A stretch of 63,760 nucleotides of DNA, filler included, from Welwitschia mirabilis (Eukaryota): assembly GCA_051453625.1 (NCBI GenBank). It is 6 parts of one record of this genome, joined end to end, with 100 filler letters (N's around TTAATTAATTAA, not from the genome) between each part and the next. Parts side by side here need not be neighbours in the genome. Positions count along the whole stretch, not along the records: positions 19,731 to 50,811 come from JBOZIK010000001.1; 5 more parts are not named here. One strand, given 5' to 3'. This document shows, piece by piece, positions 24,228 through 38,467 of the stretch. Under the pieces are notes generated by a model, which did no database searches, was not told where the DNA came from, and worked only from the letters and a program-made list of their open reading frames with translations. The position numbers were made by a program, and so were the translations under genes. Every line of letters begins with the position of its first letter. Within the stretch, counting starts at the first letter, position 1.

Positions 24228-26530
24228 GTTAACTTGTTCTTTTATATAACACTCAAGTACACCTTTTACACAACAAGTTAACCTCTAAATGATTAGATCT
24301 TTATCTTATAGAAAAAGTATATTCAAATGGATTAGTTAAAATCTTTAATTCAAACACTAGAGAAATTTAAAAAGTTAATGAATAAAGGTGAAAAATTTAT
24401 GAGTCATCTACTGATGAAACCTTGAATATGATAGAAGCACTTATCTTAGAAGCCCCACTCAATGAGGAAGGTCTTACTCTTACCATTATCTAAATTCCTC
24501 CTCAACTTATTTTTTCAGTTAACATCATGTTATTACTTGAATATCTTAAACTTAACTTATGTATTTACTTTATGAAGTTTCCATGATTAGTAATATTTTA
24601 CTTGGGTATTTTAAATGATAAGATTGGCTTCATTAAATCTTAAGAAATTCATATCTCTATGAACTTTATTTTAAAGGAAGATTCCTTAGTTCTTTTTTTG
24701 TTTTAATGGTGTGAGTAATTAGTTGTTTTTACATGTTCTTCTTGTTATTTATCTCTTTTCTTCACTTTTATCCTTACGAGTACTTAGTCACGTGGAATGT
24801 TACTACAAAATAATAATAATAATAAAGACATGCTCTTTTAGATCTAAACTAAAAAAAAGGTCTCCATGATGTCCTATCGTAAGTGCATTGGGGTAAATAT
24901 TCCTAAGAAAGGCCTTTGGCAATGCGATATGGTAGCTACGGGAACTCTACTGAGGGGTGAATTGGCTATGCTATGTGGGTTCTTACTCCTTTNNNNNNNN
25001 NNNNNNNNNNNNNNNNNNNNNNNNNNNNNNNNNNNNNNNNNNNNNNNNNNNNNNNNNNNNNNNNNNNNNNNNNNNNNNNNNNNNNNNNNNNNTCAACTTG
25101 TTCTTTTTTATAACACTTGAGTACACATTTTATAGAACAAGTTAACTTCTAAATGGTTAGGTCTTCATTTTATAGAAAAAGTACATTCAAATGGCTCAGT
25201 TAAGATCTCATATTCAAACACTAGATAAATTCAAAAAGTTAATGGATGAAGGTTAAAAATTTATGAGTTATCTTCTAATAAAACCTTTAGCATGATATAA
25301 GAACTTGTTTTGAAAGCCTCTCTTAATGAGGAAAACCTTTCTTTTGCCATTATCTAAATTCCTTCTTAACTCATTCCTTAGGTCAACATCATGTTATCAC
25401 TTGAATATCTTTAACTTGACTTATGTATTTACTTATGAAGTTTTTATGATTAGTAATATTTTACTTGGGCATTTTAGATGATAAGATTGACTTTGTTCAA
25501 TCTTCAGAAATTTGTATGTCTATGAACTTTATTTTGAAAGAATATGTCTTGGTTCTTTTATTCTTTTTCAATGATGTGAGTCATTAGTTTTTTTTGCATG
25601 TTCATCCTTTGTTACTCATCTCATTACTTCACTTTTATCCTTACAAGTATTGGTTATGTGGAATGTTACTCCAAGAAGAATAAGAAGAAGAAGAAGAATA
25701 AAGACCATGTTCTTTCATGTTATATCTCATAAATATGATTACCATGATATCCTACTGNNNNNNNNNNNNNNNNNNNNNNNNNNNNNNNNNNNNNNNNNNN
25801 NNNNNNNNNNNNNNNNNNNNNNNNNNNNNNNNNNNNNNNNNNNNNNNNNNNNNNNNNNNNNNNNNNNNNNNNNNNNNNNNNNNNNNNNNNNNNNNNNNNN
25901 NNNNNNNNNNNNNNNNNNNNNNNNNNNNNNNNNNNNNNNNNNNNNNNNNNNNNNNNNNNNNNNNNNNNNNNNNNNNNNNNNNNNNNNNNNNNNNNNNNNN
26001 NNNNNNNNNNNNNNNNNNNNNNNNNNNNNNNNNNNNNNNNNNNNNNNNNNNNNNNNNNNNNNNNNNNNNNNNNNNNNNNNNNNNNNNNNNNNNNNNNNNN
26101 NNNNNNNNNNNNNNNNNNNNNNNNNNNNNNNNNNNNNNNNNNNNNNNNNNNNNNNNNNNNNNNNNNNNNNNNNNNNNNNNNNNNNNNNNNNNNNNNNNNN
26201 NNNNNNNNNNNNNNNNNNNNNNNNNNNNNNNNNNNNNNNNNNNNNNNNNNNNNNNNNNNNNNNNNNNNNNNNNNNNNNNNNNNNNNNNNNNNNNNNNNNN
26301 NNNNNNNNNNNNNNNNNNNNNNNNNNNNNNNNNNNNNNNNNNNNNNNNNNNNNNNNNNNNNNNNNNNNNNNNCATGTTCTTTCATGTTATATCTCATAAA
26401 TATGATTACCATGATATCCTACTGCAAGCACACCAGAGCAAATTTTCCTAAGAGGGGCCTTCGGTAGTATGATATGGTAGCTGTGGGAACTTCACTGGGC
26501 GTCTATTTGCCATGTTGTATGGGTCCTTAC
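24228..26530 (+). repeat. Tandem duplication of the integrase C-terminus plus downstream DNA (copy 1 ~24228-24992, copy 2 ~25093-26530)
   Basis: aacttgttctt..ataacact..agtacac...aagttaac.tctaaatg and several hundred following bases occur twice with scattered substitutions. Confidence 0.8.
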
Positions 26531-28624
26531 TCCTCTGATAGTAGTTGAACTCCCCTCATCATGGTACAATAAATTATATTTTGAGGCTATGAGATTAGTA
26601 ATGTCCTTGGTATCATTAGAGGAATTGCTTGTTTTCTAGACTCATTTTATTTATTTATTTATTGATAGTACTTTCACATGATCACTTCACTTTTTTAGAT
26701 TCTAGTGTTGTTTTGATATGGTAGCTTGTAAGCTCCTATTTTAATAGCTTTTTATCTTATCATTTATTGTTTGATAACATTAGACATACTTGGCATCATC
26801 ATAATCATTGCCTATTTGAGTGGTACTTTACAAGTTGTCACATACTGTCATTCATCTTTATCAAGTGATTTTATAATTATTACCAAGGGAATTTGTTAAG
26901 TTAGAATTTATGGTAAGTAAGAAATCTTCTTTATGTTCCTAGTTATCCATTTTTATTTTGTTTTTCTTTAGCTATTTNNNNNNNNNNNNNNNNNNNNNNN
27001 NNNNNNNNNNNNNNNNNNNNNNNNNNNNNNNNNNNNNNNNNNNNNNNNNNNNNNNNNNNNNNNNNNNNNNNNNNNNNTGGGTATTTACTTATTTAACAGT
27101 GGTTACACTTCCCTCATCATGGTAGAATAAAATTTTACTTAGAGGCTATGAGATCAGTGATGTCTCTAGTATTATCATAGGCATTTCTTATTTTATACAC
27201 TCCTTTTTACATATAGTACTTCAACATGATCATTTTACTTTTTTGGATTCTAGGATTATTTTGATATGTGAGCTAGTAACTTCATGTTTCTTTAGTGTTT
27301 TTTTTATCATTTATTAACTGATAACATTAGAAATACTTGACATCATCATAATCATTGTCTATTTGAATGGTACTTTACGAATTTTTACATACTGTCATGC
27401 ATTTTATATCAGCTAATTTTATGATTATTACCTAAGGAATTTGTTAGATTAGAATTTAAGATAAGTACATAATCTTATTTATGTTCCTAGTTATCCATTT
27501 TTATTTTGTTTTTCTTTAGCTATTTTGTTAGATCTTTCAAAGTTATTTCCCATACCTTTTTAGCATAATATTATAGATCTAATCATTTCCTAATTTCTTA
27601 TTGATGTATTTCCATAGTTGCTATGGAGGATTAGTCTTCTCTTTTTCGTAGGTTTTCATGATCTGATGAGTTCCAGTTCTTCTTTTTTCCATGAGTTTGG
27701 GGACATTTGTAAAGTGTTTGAGCATTGTTTCTTTCTACTTAGTGCATTTTATTCTATTTTCATACTTTCCTCCATGAGTCTCTCTCTACCATGGGCATGT
27801 TTTTTAGGATATTCTTCAGTTTCTACCTTTTTTATCCTCTTTCTACTATTTTTGGTGTATTTACTTACTTTTTGCATTTTTTGATTTGTATTTTCTCTCC
27901 AAATAGCTTATTTGATCACTGTCATTCCATGTCTCTCATCCCCATGATAGACAGGATGACATTTATCCTTTATCTTTGGTGCAGTTTAGGACATCCTACT
28001 TCTCATATGGGGGCAGGACATCTTTCTCGGCTTTCTTTTGTGATTTTGAGTAGAAATTTTAAATTTAAAAGGATCATATTTTAATCTTTCACATTACATA
28101 TCTATGATGAGTTATTTGTATTAGATTTCATGTTAATTAAATAGAATGCATAGACTTTATCTTGCAGGAGTATAGTAGCACTCTTACAGAGTTTTCTTGT
28201 AGCTATGTTTTTAATCATCTAAAACAAATTCTATATCTACTTTTGTCCTTTTCCCTTATGGATTACACTAATAAACTTAAATGCATCACTCTTTTAAAAT
28301 TAGCACTACTTAAGTTTGTTACATTAGTTCATTATCACTATTTTGTATGCACATTATCATTCTCTAGGCTGTCAATGTTATATTTTATGACTTTATGTAT
28401 GTGTATGACATTCATTTGTTCTATGGTAATATGATTAAGTAGGGGGCTTAGGAATATTTTAATATTTGTATTAGTTGATTAGTTTTTAATATCTATTCCT
28501 ACATGATTAAATTGAACTCAATTTACATTTCTTTCCTAATTGATGTTTTATCTTAGTCAAATTAGCTCACAATATAGTTGATCACTCACTTTGTCAGGGA
28601 CTGAGAAGGTTAATTAGGAGGCTA

Positions 28625-29876
28625 TCTTACCATGCCAATTTGTAGGAATTTGATGGTGTATTTTGAGTGCTTTTGTAGGACATTTATATAGGTTTGAATG
28701 CAATATTGATGATTATGGAGATCTGATAGGATAATCATTAAAACATGTGATTCTCAGTATATTTGGCGTTTTCTCAGGCTTATTTTGACACTACAATACT
28801 TGAAAGAAGGATTCACCATACAGAAGATTGATTTACCTTTGAGATTAAAGATAAGGAAGTCTATCATCCCCTCTGTCATCTCCATGATAGATAGGACAAT
28901 AGCACTGCTAACATGGACATAAGCTGCAAGGTTGACAACAAGGATTGAATCTAATGGATTACCTTTTAACATAGAGTGATGTCCCCTCTATTATCCTCAT
29001 AAGAGTCAGGATGACTGTTGTTTTTCTATTGTCCGGAAGAATTCACTTTGTAATGGGGTCAAGTGACCCATTTGGGTTGTTATGGTTTTTTTTTTTACTT
29101 CTAGGATTGAGCTTCTAGAACTTCAATGTAAAACTATAAATATGCTTTTCCTTCTTCATTTCTATTTTCACATTTTATATTTAATATGCTTGTGACAGAA
29201 GATTAAAAGATAAGAGGTCCATTCAATAGCTACAGAGAGGATTTTCCTTGGTGTTAGGTTCAGTCCCTTCCATTAAGATGCTGCTACTTTTTTGCAAGTG
29301 GATGTAAAGTTCTATGAATCAATATAATTACTATTTTCATTTCAATTCTATTTATGTCCCTTATGGTTTAACTTGGTTATAATTTAAGTGATAATTCTGT
29401 AATTTACTTATATCATAAGGGTAACCTTTATCAAGGTTGACTTTGATTAGTTTAGATTTGCACCATTATTTCTTTTCCATTCCACATCGCATTCCATATT
29501 CTATTTGGTATGTCTCATAGTTCACATTGATAAGGAATAAGTTAAGTACTCTTCTTAATTGATTTGAATTATAAAGAAGCTAGTTCTTGTGACAGGAGAA
29601 TTAGGATCCAATAGAATTCATTCCACTTCCATTCAAATTTCATCTCCATTCACTTTGCATTGCATTTTACTTTGTTATTGCTTTTAGTTATTAAAAGATA
29701 AAAAGACAAAAAATATCTTTGAAAATTAATTCTTTAACTCTCAGCCTAATGCCTTCATAGAGATTATGATATTCAGGTAAACTCCCATCTATACTAGTGT
29801 GTGATTTTTTTACAAATAATTTGATTTACATTTTTACCTAACGAACTTTAGAATTGCATAAATTTACATCGCAACA
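28625..29876 (+). repeat. 3' LTR of the Athila-like element (~1.25 kb)
   Basis: Follows the purine tract aattaggaggc; start TCTTACCATGCCAATTT is a decayed inverted match to the end ...AAATTTACATCGCAACA; TATA-like ctataaata at ~29134. Confidence 0.6.
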
Positions 29877-32800
29877 TCCATCATCATATCTCATCCATTT
29901 ATTAATGCAATAATTTTGATTCATTCTAACATCAGATTACATCAAAGATTATCAAGACATCAAGACCTTAGAAATTCATGATCCAAAAGCCATAATTTAT
30001 TTATTTTAGTTATTATTAAATTAAAAATGATGTTTTCATGTACTACTAATCATAAAGGGAAAAAATGAAGTTAATTTACATTTCAGATTTTTGGTGGTTA
30101 CTAGTGTAACTACCTATGGTATTGTATGACAATTCCCTAATGCAAATTGATGCTACATCACCATCAAACTATTCACAATTGTAAGACATAAATCACATGG
30201 TGAAAATTGCAATTTATGATGACTCCTTCACCTAAAACCAATCCTTCTACATCTATAAAGAACCCCATCAATTTCAAACTAAATATATATCATATTTAAG
30301 CCAAGTACATGATCTTGAATTGACTTTAATATATTTTTGAGTATTGCAAAAAGTCCCTACCTACATTCTATCTATTATTTCTTTATTTCAATTATTCTTC
30401 ATTCACATCAATTTCTATCACATTTGTCCACTTTCAACCTCTTATATTTTTCCATAATTCATTTTTTATTACATTCTCATTTCCATCCATATGGAGAGTA
30501 TTAGAGGGGTGGTGGAATCCATGTTAATAGGTTAAGCTATAGGAGGAGAATGTATCAGATCTTGTAAGCACTTAAAGTAAAGACTAATGGAAATGGATGT
30601 GATTGAATTTGAAACAAATAGGTGTTCTTTTCCTTTATGTTTTTATGCTTATATTTTCATGGTTCAAAGATTTCAATCATGTATTTATTTTAATTCAATT
30701 AGACTTCTTATAACATGTCGTGTATCTAGTGCTAGTTGAATTATACAACATTTAGTACCCATCATAGCATTGTTTGATTTTGCATGGTTAGTGATTATGT
30801 TAAAGAAGTCATGTATTCTATTCCTATTTTATCTTCTTTTATTCATTCTTCTCATTTATTCTAGAATATTTTATCATAATTCCATCTCCTTCTTAAGTAA
30901 TGGATGATAAATTCTCTCTTATCCTTTCTAGTAGCATAAATGTGGCACATACATATGTTATCTTATTAGTTCTAATTTGAAATTATTCCTTATACATTAT
31001 TATTTTTCTATTCTTTCTCTTTTTCTCACTTAAAGTAGAATTAGTAAATTTCAATACTTGTTTTGACTATATCTCCTTTCTTTTTGCAACTCAACTTTTT
31101 CTAAAATTTTGCTAGTGGATTCCTCTCTTAATTTAGAAACATTTGTGTCTTTTAAATCAAAACCTCAATTTGGCTTTTAAAATTTTGTTAGTGGATTTCT
31201 CTCTTAATTTAGAAACCTTTGTTTCTTTTATAGCTTTATTTAAAATGTAACTAAATTCTAAAGTCTTAATTTTCCTATTTTAACACATTAAATTCTTATA
31301 TCAATATTAATATATATTTAAAAGTGAAAATATAATCTTTTAGTACTTTTTGATTACTTTTAAAATATGAAATTCATTTTTTGTTAGATCCTCTATTTCT
31401 TCCTATATTCTTTGTCAAAGTAGAATTGATTGTAAGTTTGTGGGTTTCTCTAGATGATTTGTTTCTTATTGGTTTTAAGTCATTTTACTTGTTCTTGAAA
31501 ATTTATTTTTGAATATGTTTTTTAGGAAATATTCTAAATAATTTAAAGTTGTAAAAATTTTAAATCTCCTTTCTTTAGTTTCTTCTCCTTCTTTTTTGTC
31601 TTTCCCTTTTCTTTCCTTTCCTTTAATTAAAATATCATGAAATTAAGTAAGTTTTAATTTCATTGTGTAAACATTTGCATGGTGATTTTTTATCAATTAT
31701 TTTTTGATTCATAATTTGATTTAGATGTTACATCACTTTTGTAACTCATTTCATGCTTAATTAACAATTATCATTTAAGTCAAATGTATTAATATTTAGT
31801 AAAAATATTATTAAAGTCAATCAGTTTACTATGATAGTTTGAAAAATCATGTTTTCAAAGTTCTATCTTTTGATTCTATGTTGTTGTAACATTATTGTAG
31901 AATGGAATAAGATGTTTGAATGCCTTATATGCATTCATTTCACATTAAGTAGTGATCTCTTCAAGAAAATAAGTTTTTTATAATATATATTAGAATAGAA
32001 TCACCAACTTGGCTCTTGTAATCCTTCATATAAGTTATAAATGATCTTTCTAATGATAGTTAATATTTATAGAAGATTATTTATTTCTTATTTATTATAT
32101 TTCTCTTTTCATAACTCATAAAATTTTTATTTTTACAGATGTAGTACTAAGTGGTTATTATTCATTATGTGTTGTAATTACATAAATGTCACTCAAAGAT
32201 AATTATTTTGTCATATAACATAATTATATAAATGTCAATCAGAGATATTTAATTGAGGGGATACAGTTGGTGATCTTTAGCGTATCACATCAACATGGAT
32301 TTCTAAGCACCTCCTTTAGAAGTAGACTTATTCCGAGGCTAGTTCAAGGAGTCTATATCAATCTCATCTTCTGCCTCTGATGTAATGAATTTTTTTGTTT
32401 TAACAAAATGGTAGTTGTTTATTTTTTATTTCTAATGTGAATAACCTCATACTTTTAATGCTTATGTAAAACTACATTAACAATTACTTTCGATAACTAA
32501 GTGAATTCTTTAAATTAGCCTACTAGTTATGGTTAATTCTATTTGATGGATCTTGGATACTACTGTCCTTACATGTGATGCTTATAAAGGATTATAAAGG
32601 ATCAAATTAACTATTAAATTCACCAACATGCATGTGATAAATAAGATTATGTCATTACAACCCAATCCATCATAACTTAAAATTTGAGCTTTGTTTCAAG
32701 AAAATTATAGGATACTATCAGAGTAATGGGATGCTATTGGACAAATCATGCTAGACCTTTGGAGTGCATCCATTTCTCTATTTTACTGATTAAAGTTAAT

Positions 32801-32966
32801 CGAAATCTCAACACTTGAATTTTATTTTTTTTATTGATTTCATTATAGGATTAATAATTTTTTGTTTCTTCTACTAATATTTACCTTTATTTATTCTTGT
32901 AAAAGAATGATACAAGGTATTTGTCTAATTTTGTTTTTATTCACTTGTACTATAATTATGAATAGA

Positions 32967-32988
32967 TTTTTTCCCCTGTTGCCTAGGA
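32967..32988 (+). other. Degenerate primer-binding site (Athila-type, tRNA-Asp)
   Basis: ttttttcccctgttgcctagga vs canonical ttttggcgccgttgccgggga, directly after the LTR end. Confidence 0.55.
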
Positions 32989-35900
32989 TAATGTCATGTA
33001 TCTTTTCAAAAAGAGCATAATATTCTTTCTTGAAATTTTTAGTTTAGTTTTTAAGCTTTTCTAATGGTCGGTACTAGTTTCTTTTAGTGATAATCATATT
33101 GGTCCTTTTTTTTTGAGTTCTTTTTTTTTTTTTATTTTCTTTTCTCTCCAGTGGTGGGTATTGATCCATCTCTAGTGATATTTGAACTATTTATTTTTTG
33201 AGTTTTGTTTATTTTTTCATTTAACCTAAATAATATTTCTATATTAGATCTTTTTTTATTATAAATTTAATAATTTATTTGTAGTTTTTCAATCAAAATA
33301 AGGATCAAAAAGTAAAAAAGTAATATGAAACTCATATTTTTCATTTTAGTAGTTAGAATATGTGTTTATTGCTTTTTAGGTTTTCCACAAAAAATTCTAA
33401 AAGGAAAAAAAAAATTAGGGTTTTTCTACAAGCATTGTCTTACTTTATGTCACTAGCATTTCCCTTTTTACTAATTATTTTTTGTGGCCCATTATGTGAA
33501 AGAGTTACATAGTTAAGAACATGTTTCCCCTCTTTTCTTAAATTTTTTTCTCTAAAATATACTAGTGCTACTAGCTTTTTCATGAATTTTCCACTCAAAA
33601 TTGACCTAGAACCTCTTGGATGCTCTAAACATTTTTTGACATTAGGCCCCTTCTGAAACCTTGAGAAATTTTAAAAACATAATTCTATAGTGAATTTTAT
33701 TAACCATTTTATAAAAAATCTTATATGAAATATCTCCCAAATGTTAAATGGATTCTAACACTAAAAGAACATCCATTTATGGAAACTATAAAAATTCTTA
33801 TGACTTTTCTAATCATGTTCAACCTAAAAGAACTATAGAAGATTATATTTGGACCAAGAAAAATTTAATGGATTACCTTTTATCTAAATACTCTCATACC
33901 CTGTCATCTCATGATAAATCATATTACTTTGAATTCTAAGATAATTTTATTAAAAGAAAAACTTTAAAAGATTATCTTTAAGATATAAATACTTCTTTAT
34001 ATAAAGATTAACCTCCTTATCATAAGTTTGAAAATCCTTATTTTCTACATGAGTTGTTTGATCCTATGCATTTCATGATCTCTTATGATCCTTATTCCTC
34101 ATCATCTTGCCAAGTTCCTTCATCTTTTAATCCCTTTTCTTTATTTTGTAATAAATACTTGTCATCTAATCACCAACCCTCACTATCTAATTTGTTTGAA
34201 AAAATAGTAAGGAGTTTCAGGGGATCCAAAAATAGATCAACTGATAACTTACTTTCTCCTTAAATAAACTCAAGCAAAATCATAAATCACCACCCAAATT
34301 TTTTCTTTATTGAACCAAAGAGAATAAGAAAAAACCAATGATAAAATCCATGAGGACCTTGAGGATAAGAACTTTTAGAGAGTTATTAATCATTTGAAGA
34401 AAACTATAGCCATGAGAAGGAGTCATTTAACTAACCTAAACATGAAGAACTTTTCACACTTCATGAACCCAATACTATGAGTCTTGAAAGCCTTAAAAGG
34501 ATTAATCATAATCAATTTGATAAAATCCAAATCATATCCTTTAGAAGTGAGGAATAAATTTTTAGGAAAACTAATGAGGACCTAGAGAATGATCAATTAC
34601 TACAAGGAAGCTACACCCTTCCAAAGAGTCATACATCTGAGGATGAGTTGATAAGAAACATTAATGAGGAAGAGAACATTGAAAAAAAACCTTTGTTTAG
34701 ATTATAACCACTATCACATGAGAAATTAAATGAGGATAAATCCCCTAGTAACCTTTATGAGGAAAAGAACATCAAAGAAGAACCCACACCTAATCCATCC
34801 TATGATGAAGCTTTACCTCTTTCTTAACATTCTTGTGGGTCAAACATTGAGCTTAATCTTTATATTTTGAGCAAGATTAAAGCCTTAGTAATGAAGATAA
34901 AACTTTTTTATAATTAGAACAACCTTTTGAGGACCTTACACATAATTCTTTTAATAAATATTTACCTTAGCAAGGGTTTCCAAAGCATATTTATATTCCT
35001 CTTAAAATGGTATCTTATAAAAAATATTGAAAAGGTTTACACAAGCTAAGGGATGAACTATTTTTAAATTTGAAAGAATAAACCTTATTTTTTGTACTAA
35101 TGTACTTTCTACTTCTATGAACTAATGCATAAAGGATTATCTCCTAACTCAAAAAGATTCATATAATTTTAATCCATCATCCAATCTTTGCTTTTATATT
35201 TGTAAGCCTTCATACATTCATCGCATTGAAAAATCTTTTTCTTAAAATTCTTAATTTATTTTTATCCTTTTGAATTAGCTTTTTCTTATAGATTAGGCTT
35301 AGGATAGGTAGGTCTATTTGTAACAAAAGAAATTTCACCTGTTGGTATATCTCTCATGTAATAATTGAAGCATTACCATCTATATAATCATTACCTTAAT
35401 CCATTTGATATAGGTAATTATAAGTTTTACCCATATCACAGAATAAGCCATCACCACCTTAAACTATATCTTCCAATTCTTCCAACATGACACTACTTCA
35501 TCAAACTCATAGACCAGCTACCTCTCCCATTATATTATGAGTTTATGAGAATTATGATCATGGGTAGTGACCTTTTTTTTTCCTATAATAAATAAGAATA
35601 AAAGATCTTTTTCATTTGATGATTTTGGTTGAGATCAAGTGGATCCTTACTTTTTAAGAATAAGTCATTTTTATCTTTGAGTTATTTCTACTTAGTTGAT
35701 TTCTATAATTTAAAATCAAGAAAAGAAAAAGTAGTTTTTCTAATTTCATGATACTTCTTTCTTTTAATAATTTAAGGGATAAGCTATTTCTGATTTAGGC
35801 TAATGATCTAGTGACCCCTATTATGTGAATAAAAAAATATATATGAGAAGTAGAATCAAAATAAAAATAGTATCTCTTCTCCAAAAGCATATTCTTATTT

Positions 35901-38467
35901 TTTATTAATTTTATTAAGTTTCATTAACTACCTTAGGGCTATGGATGCTCATTGACAATGTAACTCTAACTATTCATTTATAGTACATTCAGCTACATTA
36001 GGACTATAAACACTCATTGGTAATGCAGTAATAATATCTTCATGTACAAGATGTTTAACTCTATTAGAAGAAGGCGCTACAACACTGAATGCTTAATATG
36101 ATCGAATGCTTGAAGGATGTTACTTATGAGTGTATAAGCATGATGTTGGAAAGAAATTAAGGTGGTATTAGAGACTTATTATGAATTATTTATTTTAACA
36201 TTTGTCAGTTAAGACGTTTTCAATACTCTTGATTTACATGAATTTATTTCATCAATGCCTTATCTTGTTTTGACTCAGATCCATAATACATTTTTTCTAA
36301 GTAATTACTTTATTTTTGTAACCTCATCTATTTATAGCATTCATGGTATAATGATAGTTACATTTTCATTTATTTCACCATCCCATGCCACATGCATTCA
36401 CCCTTCATCTTTATGAAAAAGCATACTTAAAGCTACATTATGTTTTGTTGTAATGAAATATTCCCTTTCATGAGTCATGCTTGGATCAAGTTAGTCAAAG
36501 AAATATCATTGAGATCTAGCAATCCTTAGGTTTTTATTTGAATAAAATGCTATTCATCTTGTACCTTCATATTATTTTATCACTTTACTTATTATGTTTC
36601 TACAACCATTGCATTGTTACTTATTCACCAATCCAAAACCAGAGGCATATTCCATAGAAAACTAGTGTCACTATAAGATCTCATTGATGCCACCATCAAT
36701 TTCCCTCCATTCATCNNNNNNNNNNATTCATCTCATTCTTCTTCATATAGCTTCTTGTTCTAATTCACAATCATCTTAGGTAATTGATAGGTCATGCTTT
36801 TTCATAGAATTAGACTGTAACTTGGTTTTTATTTATTTTCCATCTCATTTTGACATTTTCTTCCTCATCTTCCTTTTTTATCTCTTCTTCATTTCTACTT
36901 CTTCTCCCTCTTAACTTTTCATCCTTTCTTTATTTCTATTCATTTTATCTATAGCACTCATATGTGAAACCTCATTACTTGACAATTTCTCATATAATTC
37001 CCTTCTACTTCATGCATTTTTTTGCATTTTTCTTCCTTTCTTTGTATTATATCTTAGTTGTATTGCTTTGCATACTTCTTTTTTCCAATAAAATAACACT
37101 TTATGGAGAATTCATTTTAAAGGTGTAACAACATTTTCTCAAAAGTTGTATTAAATTTTTCATCTTCTAAACATTGAGGATAAAGTTAAGCTTTGGTTGG
37201 GTGTATGACATCAACTTTCATAGAATTTTTCTAATTTTAATATCTTATTTTTTTAAAATTGATCAAAATTTTTTAAAAGATATCTCATTTTTCACATAAA
37301 ATTATTTTGCTTTAGAATTTTTTCATGATAATTCATTTCTTTTTTATACTTTTTGCTAAGATTTTAGAAAAAAATCTAGTTAGGATATGTGTTACCATGT
37401 AAAAATTAACATTTAGATTAAGTTTATTTGAGTACTTTAGCTTAGTTAAAGACATTAAGATAGTTATTTTATCATAAAATTATGTGTTTAATCCTTTTTA
37501 ATATAATTTTAGAACTTATGCACTTTCCTAGTACAATTTCAGGTAAAATTCTATATCTAGATGACATACTAAAAAATGAAGTTTACCTCACAGAAAATGC
37601 TAACACTATCATCTAGGTCACTAATGTCACTAGTCGTTTGGAGTAAAATTGTTCAAGAGCTACAGTCTAAAACTATCATAGAAAAGTGATCAAATTACAA
37701 TTTTGGGCTTAATGAGTTATCACATCATAAACAACCAATAAGTTCAATGACACATGGAAGTAACATAAGTACCACATGGTAGTAACATAGCTAGTGACAT
37801 GTGTGATGTTATTAAAGACACATGTAAATAATATCAGTTATTTAAAGCATTATAATTAAAAGGCCATGTGTTGGACTCACCATTACAACATATATAAGAA
37901 AACGATCCTACCTAAGGCTACATGACAAAAATTACAAGCACCCAAATTGTAATCTCCACCAACTACTACAAGCCAAAGGCTTCTAATACCTCAACCCTTT
38001 CCTTCCTTATAAAAATGTCATGTGCCCTCATTTGTAAAATATCTTTGGTTAGATGGACATAATTGGAAATCCTTAGAGTGTTGTGTTGATATGGCTTTCT
38101 AAGCACTTCCTTTGGAACTGTTCCTATTCTGAGGCTAGTTTGAGGGGTCTATATCATTTTCATATTCTTCCTTCAATGTAATGCATTTTCCTATTTTAAT
38201 AAAGGGTAGTTTTTTTACTTTTTACTATTAGTGTGAATAGCCTTATGCTTTTAATGCTTAAGTAAAACTACATTATTACGTTCTTTTGATAATCGAGTGA
38301 ATTCTTTAAGTTAGCTTATTGGTTATAATCAATTTTATTTGATAGATATTGAGTATAATTGTCCTTACTTTTCATGCTTATGAAGGATTATGAAGGACCA
38401 AAGTAACTATTTAATTTACTAACGCTTATGTGGTAAATGAGAATATGTCACCACAATCCAAGTCATC

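Larger units (their letters stand above)
19731..29876 (+). mobile_element. Degenerate Athila-like Ty3/Gypsy element (gag-PR-RT-RH-INT to ~24420, long 3' non-coding region, 3' LTR); 5' end lost at a scaffold join
   Basis: FYSRLNAQTKQRIDFSCG, VNINLPF..NPKYSKLWKDL, LIDIGASVSIIP, IIYVISDSDWSSP, FLDGYSSYN*I, FGTFAFRQM, IFMNDFSIF, HSGFYWPTLF..C..CQ; Athila-type purine tracts near 28010 and 28610. Confidence 0.9.

Noticed and set aside
25706..26424. Identical 52-nt sequence on both sides of a gap (also 26931-26977 vs 27479-27525)
   Set aside because: Typical contig-end overlap left by a short-read scaffolder, not a biological direct repeat.
25650..26451. Long ORFs of 200-300 aa here and at 48982-49887, 60568-61260 and 61427-62309
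   Set aside because: They consist almost entirely of X from N gaps; their length is an artefact.
27618..28434. Hydrophobic ORFs in the Athila 3' region as an env-like gene
   Set aside because: Short F/L/S/I-rich frames are expected from T-rich DNA; no env-like motif recognised.
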